Shown piece after piece: positions 1 through 11,898 of a DNA stretch of 64,000 bases; within the stretch, counting starts at the first letter, position 1; each line of letters begins with the position of its first letter. The notes beneath the pieces were generated by a model, which had not been told where the DNA came from, did no database searches, and saw only the letters and a list, made by a program, of their open reading frames with translations. Source of the DNA: Azolla caroliniana (lineage: Eukaryota; Plantae; Polypodiophyta); contig JBHGNT010000010.1 in the NCBI GenBank assembly GCA_043228905.1, forward strand, positions 14,570,001 to 14,634,000, read 5' to 3'. Position numbers and translations under genes: made by a program.

Positions 1-1839
1 CTGCATGGCACTCAACCACCTGCGGCTCTGGGTGTCATGCTTTGCTTCTTCAAAGCTCTCCGGCTCCCCCTCGTCGGTTAGCAACAGGTGCTCTGGTTCC
101 GGAAATCTCCGGGGGGCCCTTCTCTCTCTTAGAGGATATCTCCGTTCCGGAGCTTCGGTAACCGGTTCTTCCGATTCTTCTTCATCCGAATCTATTTCGG
201 GATCGGGGCCGGTTCCGGTATCATTTTCATCTTCTTCGGCCGGTTCTGTTTCTTCACCGTCTTCGGCCGGATCCTCGAGTGCTAACCGGTCCCTTGCCGG
301 TCGGGACTGCTCCTCGTAGAGTTGATCCTCACCGGTCGACTTGGAGCTCTTCATCTTCTTCTCCGACTCCCAGTCGGCGAGTGTCTTGTTCTCCATGAAG
401 ATGATATCACGACTCCGGAATATCTTCTTGTCGACCGGGTCCCATACTCGGTAGCCGAACTCGTCATCGTCGTAACCGAGGAATATGCATGGCCGGGTCT
501 TTGGATCTAGCTTTCCTCTCCGGTCCTTTGCCACATGCACGTATGCGAGACACCCGAACACCTTCAGATGCCGGTAGGATACTTCCCTACCGGTCCACAC
601 TCTCTGCGGCATGTCTCCGTCCAAAGGTACTGAGGGTGATCTGTTTATCACGTATGTCGCCGTCGACATCGCCTCAGCCCAAAACCCCTTGGGTAATTCC
701 GCATGCGCCAGCATGCTCCGGACCCTCTCCATTATGGTCCGATTCATCCTCTCGGCCAGCCCGTTCAGTTCCGGCGTCTTCGGCACAGTAAACTCGAGCC
801 GGATTCCCTTCGAGCGACAGTACTCCTGGAACTGTCCCCGGTATTCCCCTCCGTTATCCGCTCGTATCGCTTTCAGCTTCTTGCCGGATTCTCTTTCCAC
901 TCTCGCGTGGAGTTCTTTGAAGACGGACAACACTTGGTCCTTTGTCTTCATCGGTGCCGTCCACAGTCTTCGGCTATGATCATCTATGAATGTTACGAAG
1001 TACTGGGCTCCGCCATGTGACTTCGTTTCTACCTGACACACATCGGTGTGCACCAACTCCAATGGTGCGCTACGTCTCGTCGGTGGCCTTGAGTGGAAGG
1101 AGGTTCGGTTCTGTTTACCGGCCAGGCAATCGGTGCACTTCTCCAGGTGCACATGCTTCACTGGAATAAGGTTGTCTTCTGCAAGCCTCTTCATCCCCTT
1201 CTCACTCATGTGGCACAGTCTTTTGTGCCACAGCTCACCGGCAGTGTCGGCTGCCACATTCAGCTCTTCCGGACATAACCGGGCATTCATCAGGTACAGT
1301 GTGTTGATCTTCCGGGCCCGAGCCACTATCAGGCTCCCTTTGCTGAACTTCATTACGCCGTTCCGGATGCTACTTGTGTAGCCTTCATCGTCTAGCCTCC
1401 CGTCCGAAATCAGGTTCAATCGAACCTCCGGAACGTGTCGGACATCCTTCAGCAGCATTTTACATCCGGTCGAGGTTGTCAACCACACGTCTCCTATGCC
1501 GGCGATCCGGCACGTACCTTCATTTCCCATCCGAACACAGCCATGCTCATCGGCTGTGTAGGATGAGAAGTATCTTCTTTCCAGGGTCAGGTGGAACGAC
1601 GCTCCGGAATCGACCACCCAGGTCGTCTCATCGCCGGCAATGTTTAGCTCACCTTCTTCGGTGATGAGCATGATTTCTTCCTCACTTGCCGCGAGTGCCG
1701 TCGTTCCTTTCCTGTCCTGCCCTCGCCGATCCGAACCATTCCGGTCCGTGGCTCCCCGGTAAGCACCGTTCCGTTCCGAAGACTTCTTCGAATCGGTGTC
1801 GTCGGCTCCGTTGTCTTTTCGGTAATGCCGACAATTCTT
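1..1839 (-). pseudogene. pol: copia pol remnant (protease WVVDSG, GAG-pre-integrase, rve integrase)
   Basis: Minus-strand translation gives LELVHTDVCQ, YFVTFIDDHSR, TPELNGLAERMNRT motifs; interrupted by stops/frameshifts. Confidence 0.85.
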
Positions 1840-2568
1840 TCAGAAGTGCCCCGGCTTCCCACAATGGAAGCATGTGGGTCTTCCTCTTGACTGCGACCGG
1901 GTCCCCGACTTCTCCCGTCTTTGCGGACTCCGGTTCCGTTGTCTTCCCCGATCCGATTCGGTAAACAACATCTTCGGTCCGGAGGCCGGTTCTTTATCTC
2001 TCCGACGCGCTTCTTCGTTCAAAATACTTGTCTTTACCGTTTGTAGGGACAAGTTATCTTCGGTGCAGGAGGTGCTGAGAGTCACCACCAAGTTCTCCCA
2101 GCTTTCCGGCAATGTACACATCAGGATGATGGCTTGCATTGCATCCTCCAGCGGGAACTTGATCGCCGCAAGCTGGTTCACGAATCCCATGAATGTGCTT
2201 ACGTGTTCCACCATACTCTCGCCGTCCCGGTACTTGAGGTTCACTATCTTCCTCATCAGGGAGGTCCGGTTCAACGCATTCTTCCTCTCGTAGAGGCCCG
2301 ACAGCTTCCGCCACATCTCATATGCGTTGGTGTCGTTCGCCACATGTTGTAGAACGCTCACGTCTACGTATTGCCGAATGGTTGCTACGGCTTTCCGGTT
2401 CAGAAGCCTCCATTCCGACTCAAGTACCCCCTTCGGTATTTCCGACCTGTCGATCGGTTCGTACAGGTCCCGAACAATCAGAAGATCCTCCATCTTGATC
2501 TTCCAGTCGGCGTAATTCTGCGCATTCAGCACCATCATCCCCGGCTGCCCGCTGCCGCCGCCTTCCAT
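1840..2568 (-). pseudogene. gag: copia gag (UBN2-type) with CCHC zinc knuckle, premature stop
   Basis: ORF 1840..2754: LNAQNYADWKIKMEDLL, AYEMWRKLSGLYE, CFHCGKPGH then stop. Confidence 0.88.
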
Positions 2569-2597
2569 TTTCTGCAGCAGTCGCTCTGATACCAGTT

Positions 2598-3201
2598 TGT
2601 AGAGAAATCGACGCTCCGAATTAACCTTCACCACTCGGCCACAACCGAGTAAGCACGAATCAATGCAGCAAAAAATAGGAACCACAGAGAAAGAACACGA
2701 ATACACAGGGATTAACGTGGAAAACCCTAGACGGGAAAAACCACGGGAGTACAAGACTCCAAACCAAAACTATGCACAGAGAAATATACAATGGCGAGCT
2801 GCAAGGCGACGACCTTGAGCTCGTTGTCCTCGCCACAGGCGGCAGAAATACACAGAGGCGTCGACCTCCTCCTCTCTCACGCTCTATCTCTCTCACGGCT
2901 GCTCTCTCTTCACTCCTCTTGAGTGGAAAAACAGAAAAAATGAGTAGCAACTTTAAAACTATTTGCCCTAAGTCATATTTATACACATATGACTTTGGGG
3001 CTATTTACAACTATAGCCTCAAGGGCCCTTGGCAAACATATTCACAGATATGTCCCTGCATCCGGATCTCGCTCCGGGTACATTCGTCATCCGGCTCCGA
3101 AGCCGGGGTCTTCATCATCCGGTTCCGAAACCGAAACCGGGCTTGTCGGCATTCATCTCCGATATCCGACCATCCCATCCGAAGGGACCGTAATCCCAAC
3201 A
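2598..3201 (-). repeat. 5' LTR of copia element (604 bp)
   Basis: TG...CA termini, 3 nt from the Met PBS; similar to LTRs at 39603, 44235 and 63518. Confidence 0.9.
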
Positions 3202-4536
3202 AAATGGATGGTAGATTTGGTGACGATGCCGATGGGCGTAGGGCAGATGCGATATTTGGTGCTGGCCTGAGAGGACCTGACGAACCAGGTGGAAGGCCGA
3301 GCCCTGCAGAACAAAACGACCGTGGCCGTGTGTCGGTTCTTGATTGAGGACGTGATATGCCGATACGGGTGCGTCGGGAAGATTGTGGCTGACCGCGGGG
3401 AGTTGGACGCCGAAGAGGCCGAGGAGCTGTTTGACCGGTTAGGGGTCAAGCTCTTGCTCACCACAATGTACAATCCGGAGGCGAACGGGAAGGTGGAGCG
3501 CGGACACGGACCGATCGTCAAAGCGCTAGTCCGGGCATGCGGAGGCTAGGTCGGGACCTGGCCACGACTGTTACCTTATGCCTTGTGGGCGGACCAGACA
3601 ACGCACAGTTCGGTAACCGGGTTCATGCCGTCAGAGCTCATGTTCGGACAGAAGCCGATCATGCCGATGGAACGGACGATCTCCTCTTGGGCGACAGTGG
3701 ACTGGAGAGACGAGATGAGCCGGGAAGAACTGCTAGCGGCGCGTATACGGCAGCTCGAGCGGAGGCCAGAGGACATGGAACGAGCGGCGGAGAGACTTCG
3801 GACGGCGAGGATGAGGAACAAAGCCCGGTTCGACCGAACGCACCGGCTCCGACCAAAGAAAATCGAGGAAGGCGACTGGGTGCTAGTCTACGATAGCAGC
3901 CTCGACAACTAGCACCGGGCAACACTGAAGTTTGCAAAGCGGTGGTTTGGGCCTTACGTGGTAACGAGCGCCAACGACAACGGGATGTATCACCTGGCGG
4001 AACTCAACGGTACGAGGATGGCAATACCCGTAGCAGGGAAGCGGATCAAAGCGTTCAAGAAGCGCCACGACGGCGAACTGGATCTAAGAGGCCTGGATAG
4101 CGACGACGAACAGTCCGAAACGGAGGACGAACCGGTGGACGAGGAACCGGACTCGGACCGGTTTTCTCCAACCAGAACCCAATTTTGGCGCATACCGGTG
4201 GATGCGCGGTTAGGTGGGGGCGGATGTCATGAAGAAAACCGTCCCTTAGCGTAATCGGTGCACTGCGCGCGTGAACCGGCTCTTCACACGTGCGCGCCCT
4301 TTAATGTATATAATAGAGAATTAGGTACAAAGGTATATCCTAGGTAGTTAGATTCGGTAGGTAGGAAGTTAAGGAGGGAAACGGCTCCCTTCTTGAAGCT
4401 ATAAAAGAGAGGGAGACGCGGGGAGAAAAGGGAAATTATTATTGGGGGAGGACGAAGTGTTGTTGGACCGAAACCGAACGCTTCTCCTCTGATTCGTTCT
4501 CCATCGCTCTTCTCTGCAGGTTTTCGGGAGGCTCGC
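3202..4536 (+). mobile_element. Ty3/gypsy (Trp-PBS family) 3' remnant: integrase, PPT, truncated 3' LTR
   Basis: Integrase motifs KWMVDLVTMP, YNPEANGKVERGH, RWFGPY; PPT TAGGTGGGGGCGGA 4211-4224; LTR 4225-4536 closely matches the LTRs of the 30093-37134 element. Confidence 0.9.
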
Positions 4537-5235
4537 AAGGACCTTACATGGCTACTCATGCCCCTTGGTGTTCATGCTCCCCGTGAGGACCGCACATGGT
4601 CGCCCACACCCGTTGATATTTCTGTTCCAGTTCTAGGCGAGGACCACACATGGTCGCTCATGCCCGTTGTTGTTAAATACCTCGTCTTGTGGAAGGGTTA
4701 CTCCTTGTCTAGGATTTACAAAATACTTTGGAGGTGATCTAAGATTTTCATCAATAATATCCCCTTAAGCCGACAAACGATTTGGGAAGGCATCGTTAAG
4801 GGGGGATAATGTCAAGATTCGAACTCTTGACATGACCATGTTATAATCGAGTGTTATGTGTTAACCACACATCTAGCATATAATCATGCATATACTTCCT
4901 CATTGTAGGGTTTAGTTAGCATCATGTGCATAATTTCTCCCTTGTATTATTAATACTTTGCACATGCATGCGTACCCATTGCCTACATGCTCTATTGTAT
5001 CACATGCGTGCAACAGGTATGCATGCCAGTTAGTATAAATAGTTGAGTTCACCTTGAAGGAATTCAAGGTGAACAATGCCAGTCATGAACATATCAATCT
5101 AGTATTCTCGTTTCGCCCATCTTCTCTCCTTAATCTTCATCTCTATCTTTATGCTCTTGTGTCATTCCGTCATCGCTCCATCGTAGCCTCATCATCCGTG
5201 CTCCGTCTTAGTCCGCACTTGGTGTGTCCGTGACA
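4537..5235 (+). mobile_element. Chromovirus 3' remnant: chromodomain fragment, PPT, 3' LTR (4810-5235)
   Basis: KYLVLWKGY and FHQ.YP.KP chromodomain relics at 4675-4770; PPT AAGGGGGGATAA; LTR TGTCAAG...GTGACA with TATAAAT at 5034. Confidence 0.7.
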
Positions 5236-5421
5236 GTTTCTTAAATCTAATGTCATTTGCTCAATCTTAATCTCTCTCTTTCGCTGTATCCATCTCTCTT
5301 AAATTATCTTAAATACTTTCTCGCTAAAGTTTGTGCCAACTTCGAATCATTTCGGTCCAGAACCCTGGCGGTTCCGCCTCGCGATCCGCGCTTAGTGACA
5401 GATCTTCACGAGATAATAAAG

Positions 5422-5439
5422 TGGTGAACCCGACGTGAA
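5422..5439 (+). promoter_or_regulatory. Primer-binding site complementary to tRNA-Trp 3' end
   Basis: TGGTGAACCCGACGTGAA is the reverse complement of the plant tRNA-Trp 3' end (TTCACGTCGGGTTCA-CCA); identical at 23654-23671 and 36462-36479. Confidence 0.85.
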
Positions 5440-5460
5440 AGAGGCAACAGGAAGGATCAA

Positions 5461-6062
5461 ATGGAGGATCAACCGATACTTGGAGATGGCATCCTCAAGC
5501 AACCAAGCGGGAGAGTTTGAAAGGATGATGCTTATCGTAGAACAAATGATGAGATCTCGATCTGACAACGATGCAAGCGTGGAGAAGGCCGTCGACCATG
5601 TTGTAGAGCTCGAGGGTCAATTCGATGGAAGGAACATTACGAAGTTCCTTGAAGCATACAAAAGGGAGATGAATCAAAGGGACATGTCTGAAGCATGTCA
5701 AATCACGAGCTTCAAGAGAGTGGTCACCAATAACATCCAAAGGCGCGTCATCGAGCTTCAAGAAGGGAAGACAACGTGGTTGGAGTTCGAGAAAGCAATA
5801 TTAGCGGAGTTCGCGATGGAAGATTTGTCGAGGATGACTCGACATGCCTTGATGAAGTGGATAGAAAAGAAGAATAAGAAGATGAGCGCCTTAAGGGTGT
5901 ACGACAAATTCGACTAGATGTTTAGTCATCTCCCCAACATGGACCAAGTGTTGTTTGAAGAGGACAAGACTTTGTACTTCTTGAAAGCTATGGACATGAA
6001 GGATAGACGAGAATTGGGGACTCTTCTCGAAGACGATACCCAAGAAAATGGTCTTGTGGCGG
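5461..6062 (+). pseudogene. gag: gypsy gag remnant
   Basis: FDGRNITKFLEAYKREM, homologous to gag at 23694 and 36439; internal stop at 5915-5917. Confidence 0.75.
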
Positions 6063-6084
6063 ACAAGAAAGTAGAGCGTGTGGA

Positions 6085-7709
6085 TTGCAAGGAGAAGCAA
6101 CATGTATCACACCTAGTGACGCATGTAAACTAGTACTACCCGACAAGAAGGACAAGCATCGGATACAAAACTTCGAGAAGATGCTGAAAGAAGAAAACAT
6201 AATAGAAGAAGAAGAGTTCGTGACTCATATTATGGAAGAAGACTCATTTAATGACACCATCGGCGAATTTGAGGACGTCGTGGACTTGAGCTATCTTCAC
6301 GATCATCACGTGATTTCGGTTAGCTCCATCAACATGTACGTTATCATCGATGAATATAATCGAAGCATCTTGATGAAGGAAGCTGACGTCAACACAAAAT
6401 ATAAAACGGTGGATAAGAAGGTCAAGCCAATTGCAGTTCCGCTACCAGAACATATCTGGCAAAAGATGAAGGAAGTCGCTAACGATCCAAGCTTAAGAGA
6501 TCTGAAGAGAATAGTTCATGTCCTCACCAAACAGACGAAGGGAAAGCTACGAGTTGGAAGGGAGGATTTCCTTCTCCTTGAAGAGGAGCGAATGTTTCGC
6601 GACATGCTTGAGAGACATGGAAAGGCTTTCGCATTTTTCCCACGAGAAATCGGATGTGCTGATCCAAGGACGATAGAACCAATGGTGATCTTCACGGTGC
6701 TGCATGTGCCTTGGAATTTGAAACTGATACCGGTTCCGAGAGCACACCTACCGAAGCTGATTGAGCTCTTAAAGGAGAAGGTGAATATGGGAATTCTAGA
6801 ACCGTCGAATGCCCCTTATTCCAATAGGTGGTTCACGGTGCGGAAGAAGAATGGATCATTGCGATTCATCCAAGATCTTCAACCCGTCAACAAGGTGACA
6901 ATTCGAAATGCTGGAATCGGTCTGAGCGTGGACGAATTAGCCGAGGCATTTGCAGGTTGGTCCATCTACTCCATTGGCGATCTCTACTCCGGGTATGACC
7001 AATTCCAATTGGTGATCGACAGTCGTGACATTACAACCATGAGGACTCCGATCGGGCTTGTGCAGATGTGTACCTTACCTCAAGGCGCAACGAACTCGGT
7101 GACTCATATGGTGAATGCCATGAACAAAGTCTTGAAGGATTGTATCCTGGACATCATGATGCCATTCTTGGATGATATTCCGATAAAAGGATGTTCGGAT
7201 GAGGAGAAAGATGAATCGAAAGATAAGGAAGGGTGTAGAAAGTTCGTCACGGATCATATGAAAGATTGTGAGAAGGTGCTTCAAAGGCTCGAAGATGCGA
7301 ATTTGACATTTTTGGGAGAAAAATCCGCATTCGGGCAACCAGAGATCTTGGTGGTAGGTCACTTGTGTGGAGCATACGGTCGGAAGCCTTCGCCATCCAA
7401 AGTGAACGTGATCCAAGACATGAAAGAAGAATGCGAAAACCAAATGGAGGTTTGAAGGTTCCTTGGAGCATGCACGTTTTATCCTATCTGGATTCCTCAC
7501 TACGCTCATGTCGCTGAACTGTTATATGGACTACTAAAGAAAAGAATGAAGTTCGAATGGCGAAACGAGCATACAAACATGATGCGAAGATTGAAGAAAC
7601 TACTTCTTGAAGCTCTAGCACTAAGAAAGGCCAACTATACCGAAAGGAAGCCGATTTATGTGACTGTAGATACAAGCCCAACCGGAATGGGGTGGGTCAT
7701 CAACAAGAA
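6085..7709 (+). pseudogene. pol: gypsy pol, reverse transcriptase and start of RNase H
   Basis: ORF 6085..7455 with DLYSGYDQF, LPQGATNSV, FLDD; continues to VTVDTSPTGMGWVIN at the insertion site. Confidence 0.88.
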
Positions 7710-7804
7710 TGTAAAAAGTAGCGTGCGGAAGCAAGTATGAAGACCGAAAAGAAGGAAGGAAACTCAGGTTTAATGGAGAGCTTGAGCTTACACGGTATAC
7801 GCGG

Positions 7805-7838
<34 letters not shown>

Positions 7839-8109
7839 ATAAGAAATATATTCAACAATAATACTCAGTCTGTACATAAGACGTGCTCAGTGAACACTTT
7901 TATACAAGTCCTAGAAGGATTGACCGAAGTACTGACAGTACTTCAATGCTCATCAAGAGCTCCTACACTAACTCCCAAATATATTCTTCACGGAATATCT
8001 TTCCTAACGACCTCCCGGTTTACGCACTCGGCCTAACCGATCGGTCCCAACCGATCTGGTCCTCGGCTTCTTCAGCCGATCCGGCCGATGTTGAGCTTGT
8101 CTCTCAACA
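7710..8109 (-). repeat. 3' LTR of copia (400 bp)
   Basis: Direct repeat of 11517-11898, adjacent to the PPT. Confidence 0.93.
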
Positions 8110-8260
8110 CTCCCCCTCAAGCTCAACTCGAGGCTCTTCGGGATCCTCGGGCTCACAGCTCCGGTTCCTCCTGGCTTCATGCCTCGCTCGCGCTCCTCAA
8201 CCTGTTCGACTCCGTGCGCTTTGACCCTTCCGGTCGGCTTGTCTGCTCAGACGGCCCTTA

Positions 8261-10071
8261 TCAGCTCTTCCGCTTGGGCCTCGGTTGATTCAACGTATTT
8301 GAATCAAACATCCGAACTGACTCGGCTACTTCCGATCGGTTTTCGCTCTCGTCCGAGTTGGCTGTCTCCAACTCATCTTCGGTCTTCTCGTCCTCGATTG
8401 CGTCATCTCCCCCATGCGTGGTTGGCATCGGCTCTCTCCTTCGGCTGCTCCCCTTCTGTCCGCTTTCGTACTTTTCCGTGGGTCCGCCCTCGGCTTCTTC
8501 AGCCGATCCGAACTCAAACTCGACAACCGAGTCAACCGACTCAGACACGGTGTCGCGATCTCCGCTCCTTTCCTGCTGCCTTGCTTGGTTGTTCGGGACT
8601 ATTCTCCCCCTCAAGTATGGCACGTCGAGGTGACGCAACCCGAGCACACCTGATAATTGCCGCAACTTGTCCAGACCAAGCGGCTTTGTGAAGATGTCGG
8701 TTGTCTGCCGATCCGTCGGCACGTAGTGAAGTTCGACTTCACCAGAAAGGACACGCTCACGGACGAAATGGTAGTGCACCTCAATGTGCTTGGTCCGTGC
8801 GTGGAAAACGGGGTTCTTCGCAAGCTGGATGCTGCTGAGGTTGTCGCAGTAGATCGTCGTCGGATCTGACACCTCCACGTGCAGGTCCTTAAGTAGTCGC
8901 TTCAACCATATGGCTTCGCATGTCACGACAGCCGCTCCTCGGTACTCAGCTTCGGTGCTCGACAGTGCAACTGTCGGCTGCTTCTTATTGCACCATGCGA
9001 TCGCGGCACTCCTGAGGGAGAACGCGTGTCCGGACGTGGATCGGCAATCGGCGGCGTTGCCAGCCCAATCAGCATCAGTGTAGCCGACTAACTGCGCGGC
9101 TGCACCGGTCCGATATAGCAGTCCCCGGTCCTTAGTGTCGTTGACATATCGAAGTATGTGTTGCGCACACTGAAGGTGCTCCTCGGTAGGTCGCGCCATG
9201 AACTGACTGATCACCCCGACCGGATAACTGAGGTCGGGTCGGGTGATGGTCAAGTATATGAGGCTTCTGACAATTGGTCGGAACCTCGTCGGGTCGCATA
9301 CCTTTCCCGTATCGGGACGAAGCTTGATGGTTCTGTCCAGAGGAGTCGAGACAGACTTATAGTCGGCCATCCCGAGTTTGAAGAGCATACCCAGCACGTA
9401 ATGACGTTGGCTGATCAATATGCCTTCGAGGGTACGGATCACTTCGATCCCGAGGAAGTAATGAAGGTCCCCCAGATCCTTCATGTCGAACGATGCCGCA
9501 AGCTGGAGCTTCACGCGGTCGATTTCACCTAGGTCGGCGCCGGTGATGACCAAGTCATCAACGTATAGTAAAATACTAACCGGTCCGAGTCAACCTTTCT
9601 GGATGAACAGGGAAGAGTCTGATTTTGACGTGACGAAGCCCATCCGACGCAGTTGTTGCGTGATCTTCGCGTTCCAGGCACGCGGGGCTTGGTTCAGTCC
9701 GTAAAGGGACTTCTTTAGTCGGCATACTGCCGAGGAGTTCGTTCTAGAGTGAAATCCGGGGGGTTGTACCATGTACACCTGTTCCTCAAGGTCACCTTGC
9801 AGGAACACATTCTTTACATCCATCTGATGTAAGTGCCACCCCTTGGTCGCGGCTACTGTGAGCAAAACACGGACGGTCGTCATTTTCGCGACCGGCGCAA
9901 ACGTCTCATCGTAGTCGATGTCGTGTTTCTGCGCGTAGCCATTTGCCACTAGCCGAGCCTTGTACCGGTTGACCGAGCCATCAGTGTTGTACTTGACCTT
10001 GTACACCCACGTACACCCGATCGGTTTTACCCCTCTTGGTGCGTCAACCAGGTCCCAGGTCTCGTTCTCCG
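8261..10071 (-). pseudogene. pol: copia RT + RNase H with acidic C-terminal extension
   Basis: ENETWDLV, YKARLVA, HQMDVKN, YTDADWAG, STEAEY, HARTKHIEVHYHFVRE. Confidence 0.9.
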
Positions 10072-11444
10072 AACATTGCGGTGCCGCCGTCAGTGGAGTC
10101 GAGGATGAACATCCTCCCGTCTCTGCGCCCTTGCACAATCACACGGCCTTCTTCCTCAATGAAGCACCCGAGGTGTGTAAACCGAACCTCCATCCCTTGG
10201 TCGACGATCTGTCCGACCGAGACCAAGTTTTTCGTGATTGTCAGAACGTGTAGCACGTTCATGAGTTTCCCTTTCTGCCCGACATGGCTAAGGGGAACTT
10301 CTCCGACATTCGCGATCGGATGCGAAGTGTCATCTCCAGTTGCGACTACTCCAGGTTGTATCGGTTTTTCGAGGTACGAGAACCACTCCTTATGGCTCGT
10401 CATGTGCTTTGACGCGCCGGAGTCTACGTACCACACCTCGTTCGATCTCGGGGTGCTCTGTTTCATTGAGTTTGCTTCGTGTCTCGTCACGAAGGCTGAC
10501 CCTTCTCCAGCTCTCCCGGAGTCTTCGGCGTAGTGCGATCGCTGCCGATTTCCCTTGTCGGTATGTCTGGAGCCGTTCCCGGAACCAGTTCTCTCCGAAT
10601 CGGCGCGCTTCTTCCAGCACTCACTTTCCCTGTGGCCTTTCTTGCCACAGTACCAGCACTCCGTGATGGACTTCCCTTGCCGGTTCTCATCGCTTCGACT
10701 CCCCCTGTTTCCGAAGGGTTCGGAGTTGCTGTCGGCATCACTTCGGTGCCTTCTTCCCTGATCTCGTCGGCCGTCTCCATTGCGCGCCGACTCGCCTCGT
10801 CCTCCACGTCCACGGGGCCTATCTCCCTCCGTGTACAACATTCTGTTGTCGGCGTGCGTGCTTGTAGACGCACCCACGTGGTTCTCCTCTACCAGGAGCA
10901 TTGACTGTAAGTCAAAAAAGGACGGCGTATTCTCCCGGGTACACACAGCCGTTCGGAACGCTCCGAACTTCGACGCCAAACCTCCGAGACAGATCTGGAC
11001 CATCTCGCTCTCCTCGATGTTCACCTCTATGGAGGCGAGGGAGTCGCAGATATCCTTGATCTTCGAGGTATAGTCCGCCACCGACAAGTCGCGTTGTCGT
11101 AGGTTGCTCAACTCCTGTCGGAGCTGAAGCTTCCTGGCTGTGGTTCTCGCAGCGAAAATCTTCTTCAGATTTTCCCATGCACCCTTCGGCGTCTTTGCAT
11201 CCCGAACATAGCTCAATAGTTGTTCGCCCACACACGACGCGAAGCAGTATAATACCCTGCTCGCCGATTGCTCCCACGACGGGAAGTCTCTGTGTGTCGA
11301 TTCGGGTGTCGCGTCATTAGCTCCTTCGACATAACTCCAGTAGCCGTGCCCGAGCAGGTACTGGTGCATCTTGTAGGACCAAGACGCGTAGTTGGTTCTG
11401 TTGAGCTTCTCTGTTGGAAGCGAGCTCACCATGCCTCTATCCAT
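10072..11444 (-). CDS. gag: copia Gag-protease ORF (truncated before integrase)
   Basis: 466-aa ORF: NYASWSYKM, CWYCGKKGHRESEC zinc knuckle, WYVDSGAS protease. Confidence 0.88.
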
Positions 11445-11516
11445 CGTTCTTCTTGTTCTTATTCGTCAAGCTGTGTCGGCTGTAGAGAGGTTCTCAACCC
11501 TCGCGCTTTGATACCA

Positions 11517-11898
11517 TGTAAAAAGTAGCGTGCAGAAGCAAGTATGAAGACCGAACAAAAGGAAGGAAGCTCAGGTTTAATGGAGAGCTTGAGCTTACAC
11601 GGTATACGCGGGAGAGACACACACAGAGAGAGAGAGAGAGCACAAGAAATATATTCAACAATAATACTCAGTCTGTACATAAGACGTGCTCAGTGAACAC
11701 TTTTATACAAGTCCTAGAAGGACTAACCGAAGTACTGACAGTACTTCAATGCTCATCAAGAGCTCCTACACTAACTCCCAAATATATTCTTCACGGAATA
11801 TCTTTCCTAATGACCTCCCGGTTTACGCACTCGGCCTAACCGATCCGGTCCTCGGCTTCTTCAGCCGATCCGGCCGATGTTGAGCTTGTCTCTCAACA
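11517..11898 (-). repeat. 5' LTR of copia (382 bp)
   Basis: Directly abuts the Met PBS; repeat of 7710-8109. Confidence 0.93.

Larger units (their letters stand above)
1..3201 (-). mobile_element. Ty1/copia LTR retrotransposon (Tnt1/Tork-like), 5' portion; 3' part lies left of the window; inserted in a gypsy integrase
   Basis: 5' LTR 2598-3201 (TG...CA), tRNA-Met PBS TGGTATCAGAGCGA at 2594-2581, gag, protease and integrase remnants colinear with the copia at 39603-44908. Confidence 0.93.
7710..11898 (-). mobile_element. Ty1/copia with both LTRs and an internal integrase deletion; TSD AAGAA
   Basis: LTRs 7710-8109 and 11517-11898; AAGAA at 7705-7709 and 11899-11903; PBS TGGTATCAAAGCGC 11516-11503; PPT 8110-8120. 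Confidence 0.95.

Noticed and set aside
5-2589. Many plus-strand ORFs of 60-140 aa
   Set aside because: Antisense shadows of the GC-rich copia gag-pol; no independent motifs
2660-3347. ORFs of 108 and 191 aa across the LTR
   Set aside because: Lie within LTR sequence or span an insertion junction; low complexity
5422-5439. tRNA-like sequence
   Set aside because: Only the 18-nt PBS complement; no cloverleaf, so not a tRNA gene
7807-7837. (GA)n and (TA)n microsatellites here and in other LTRs
   Set aside because: Ordinary components of the LTRs
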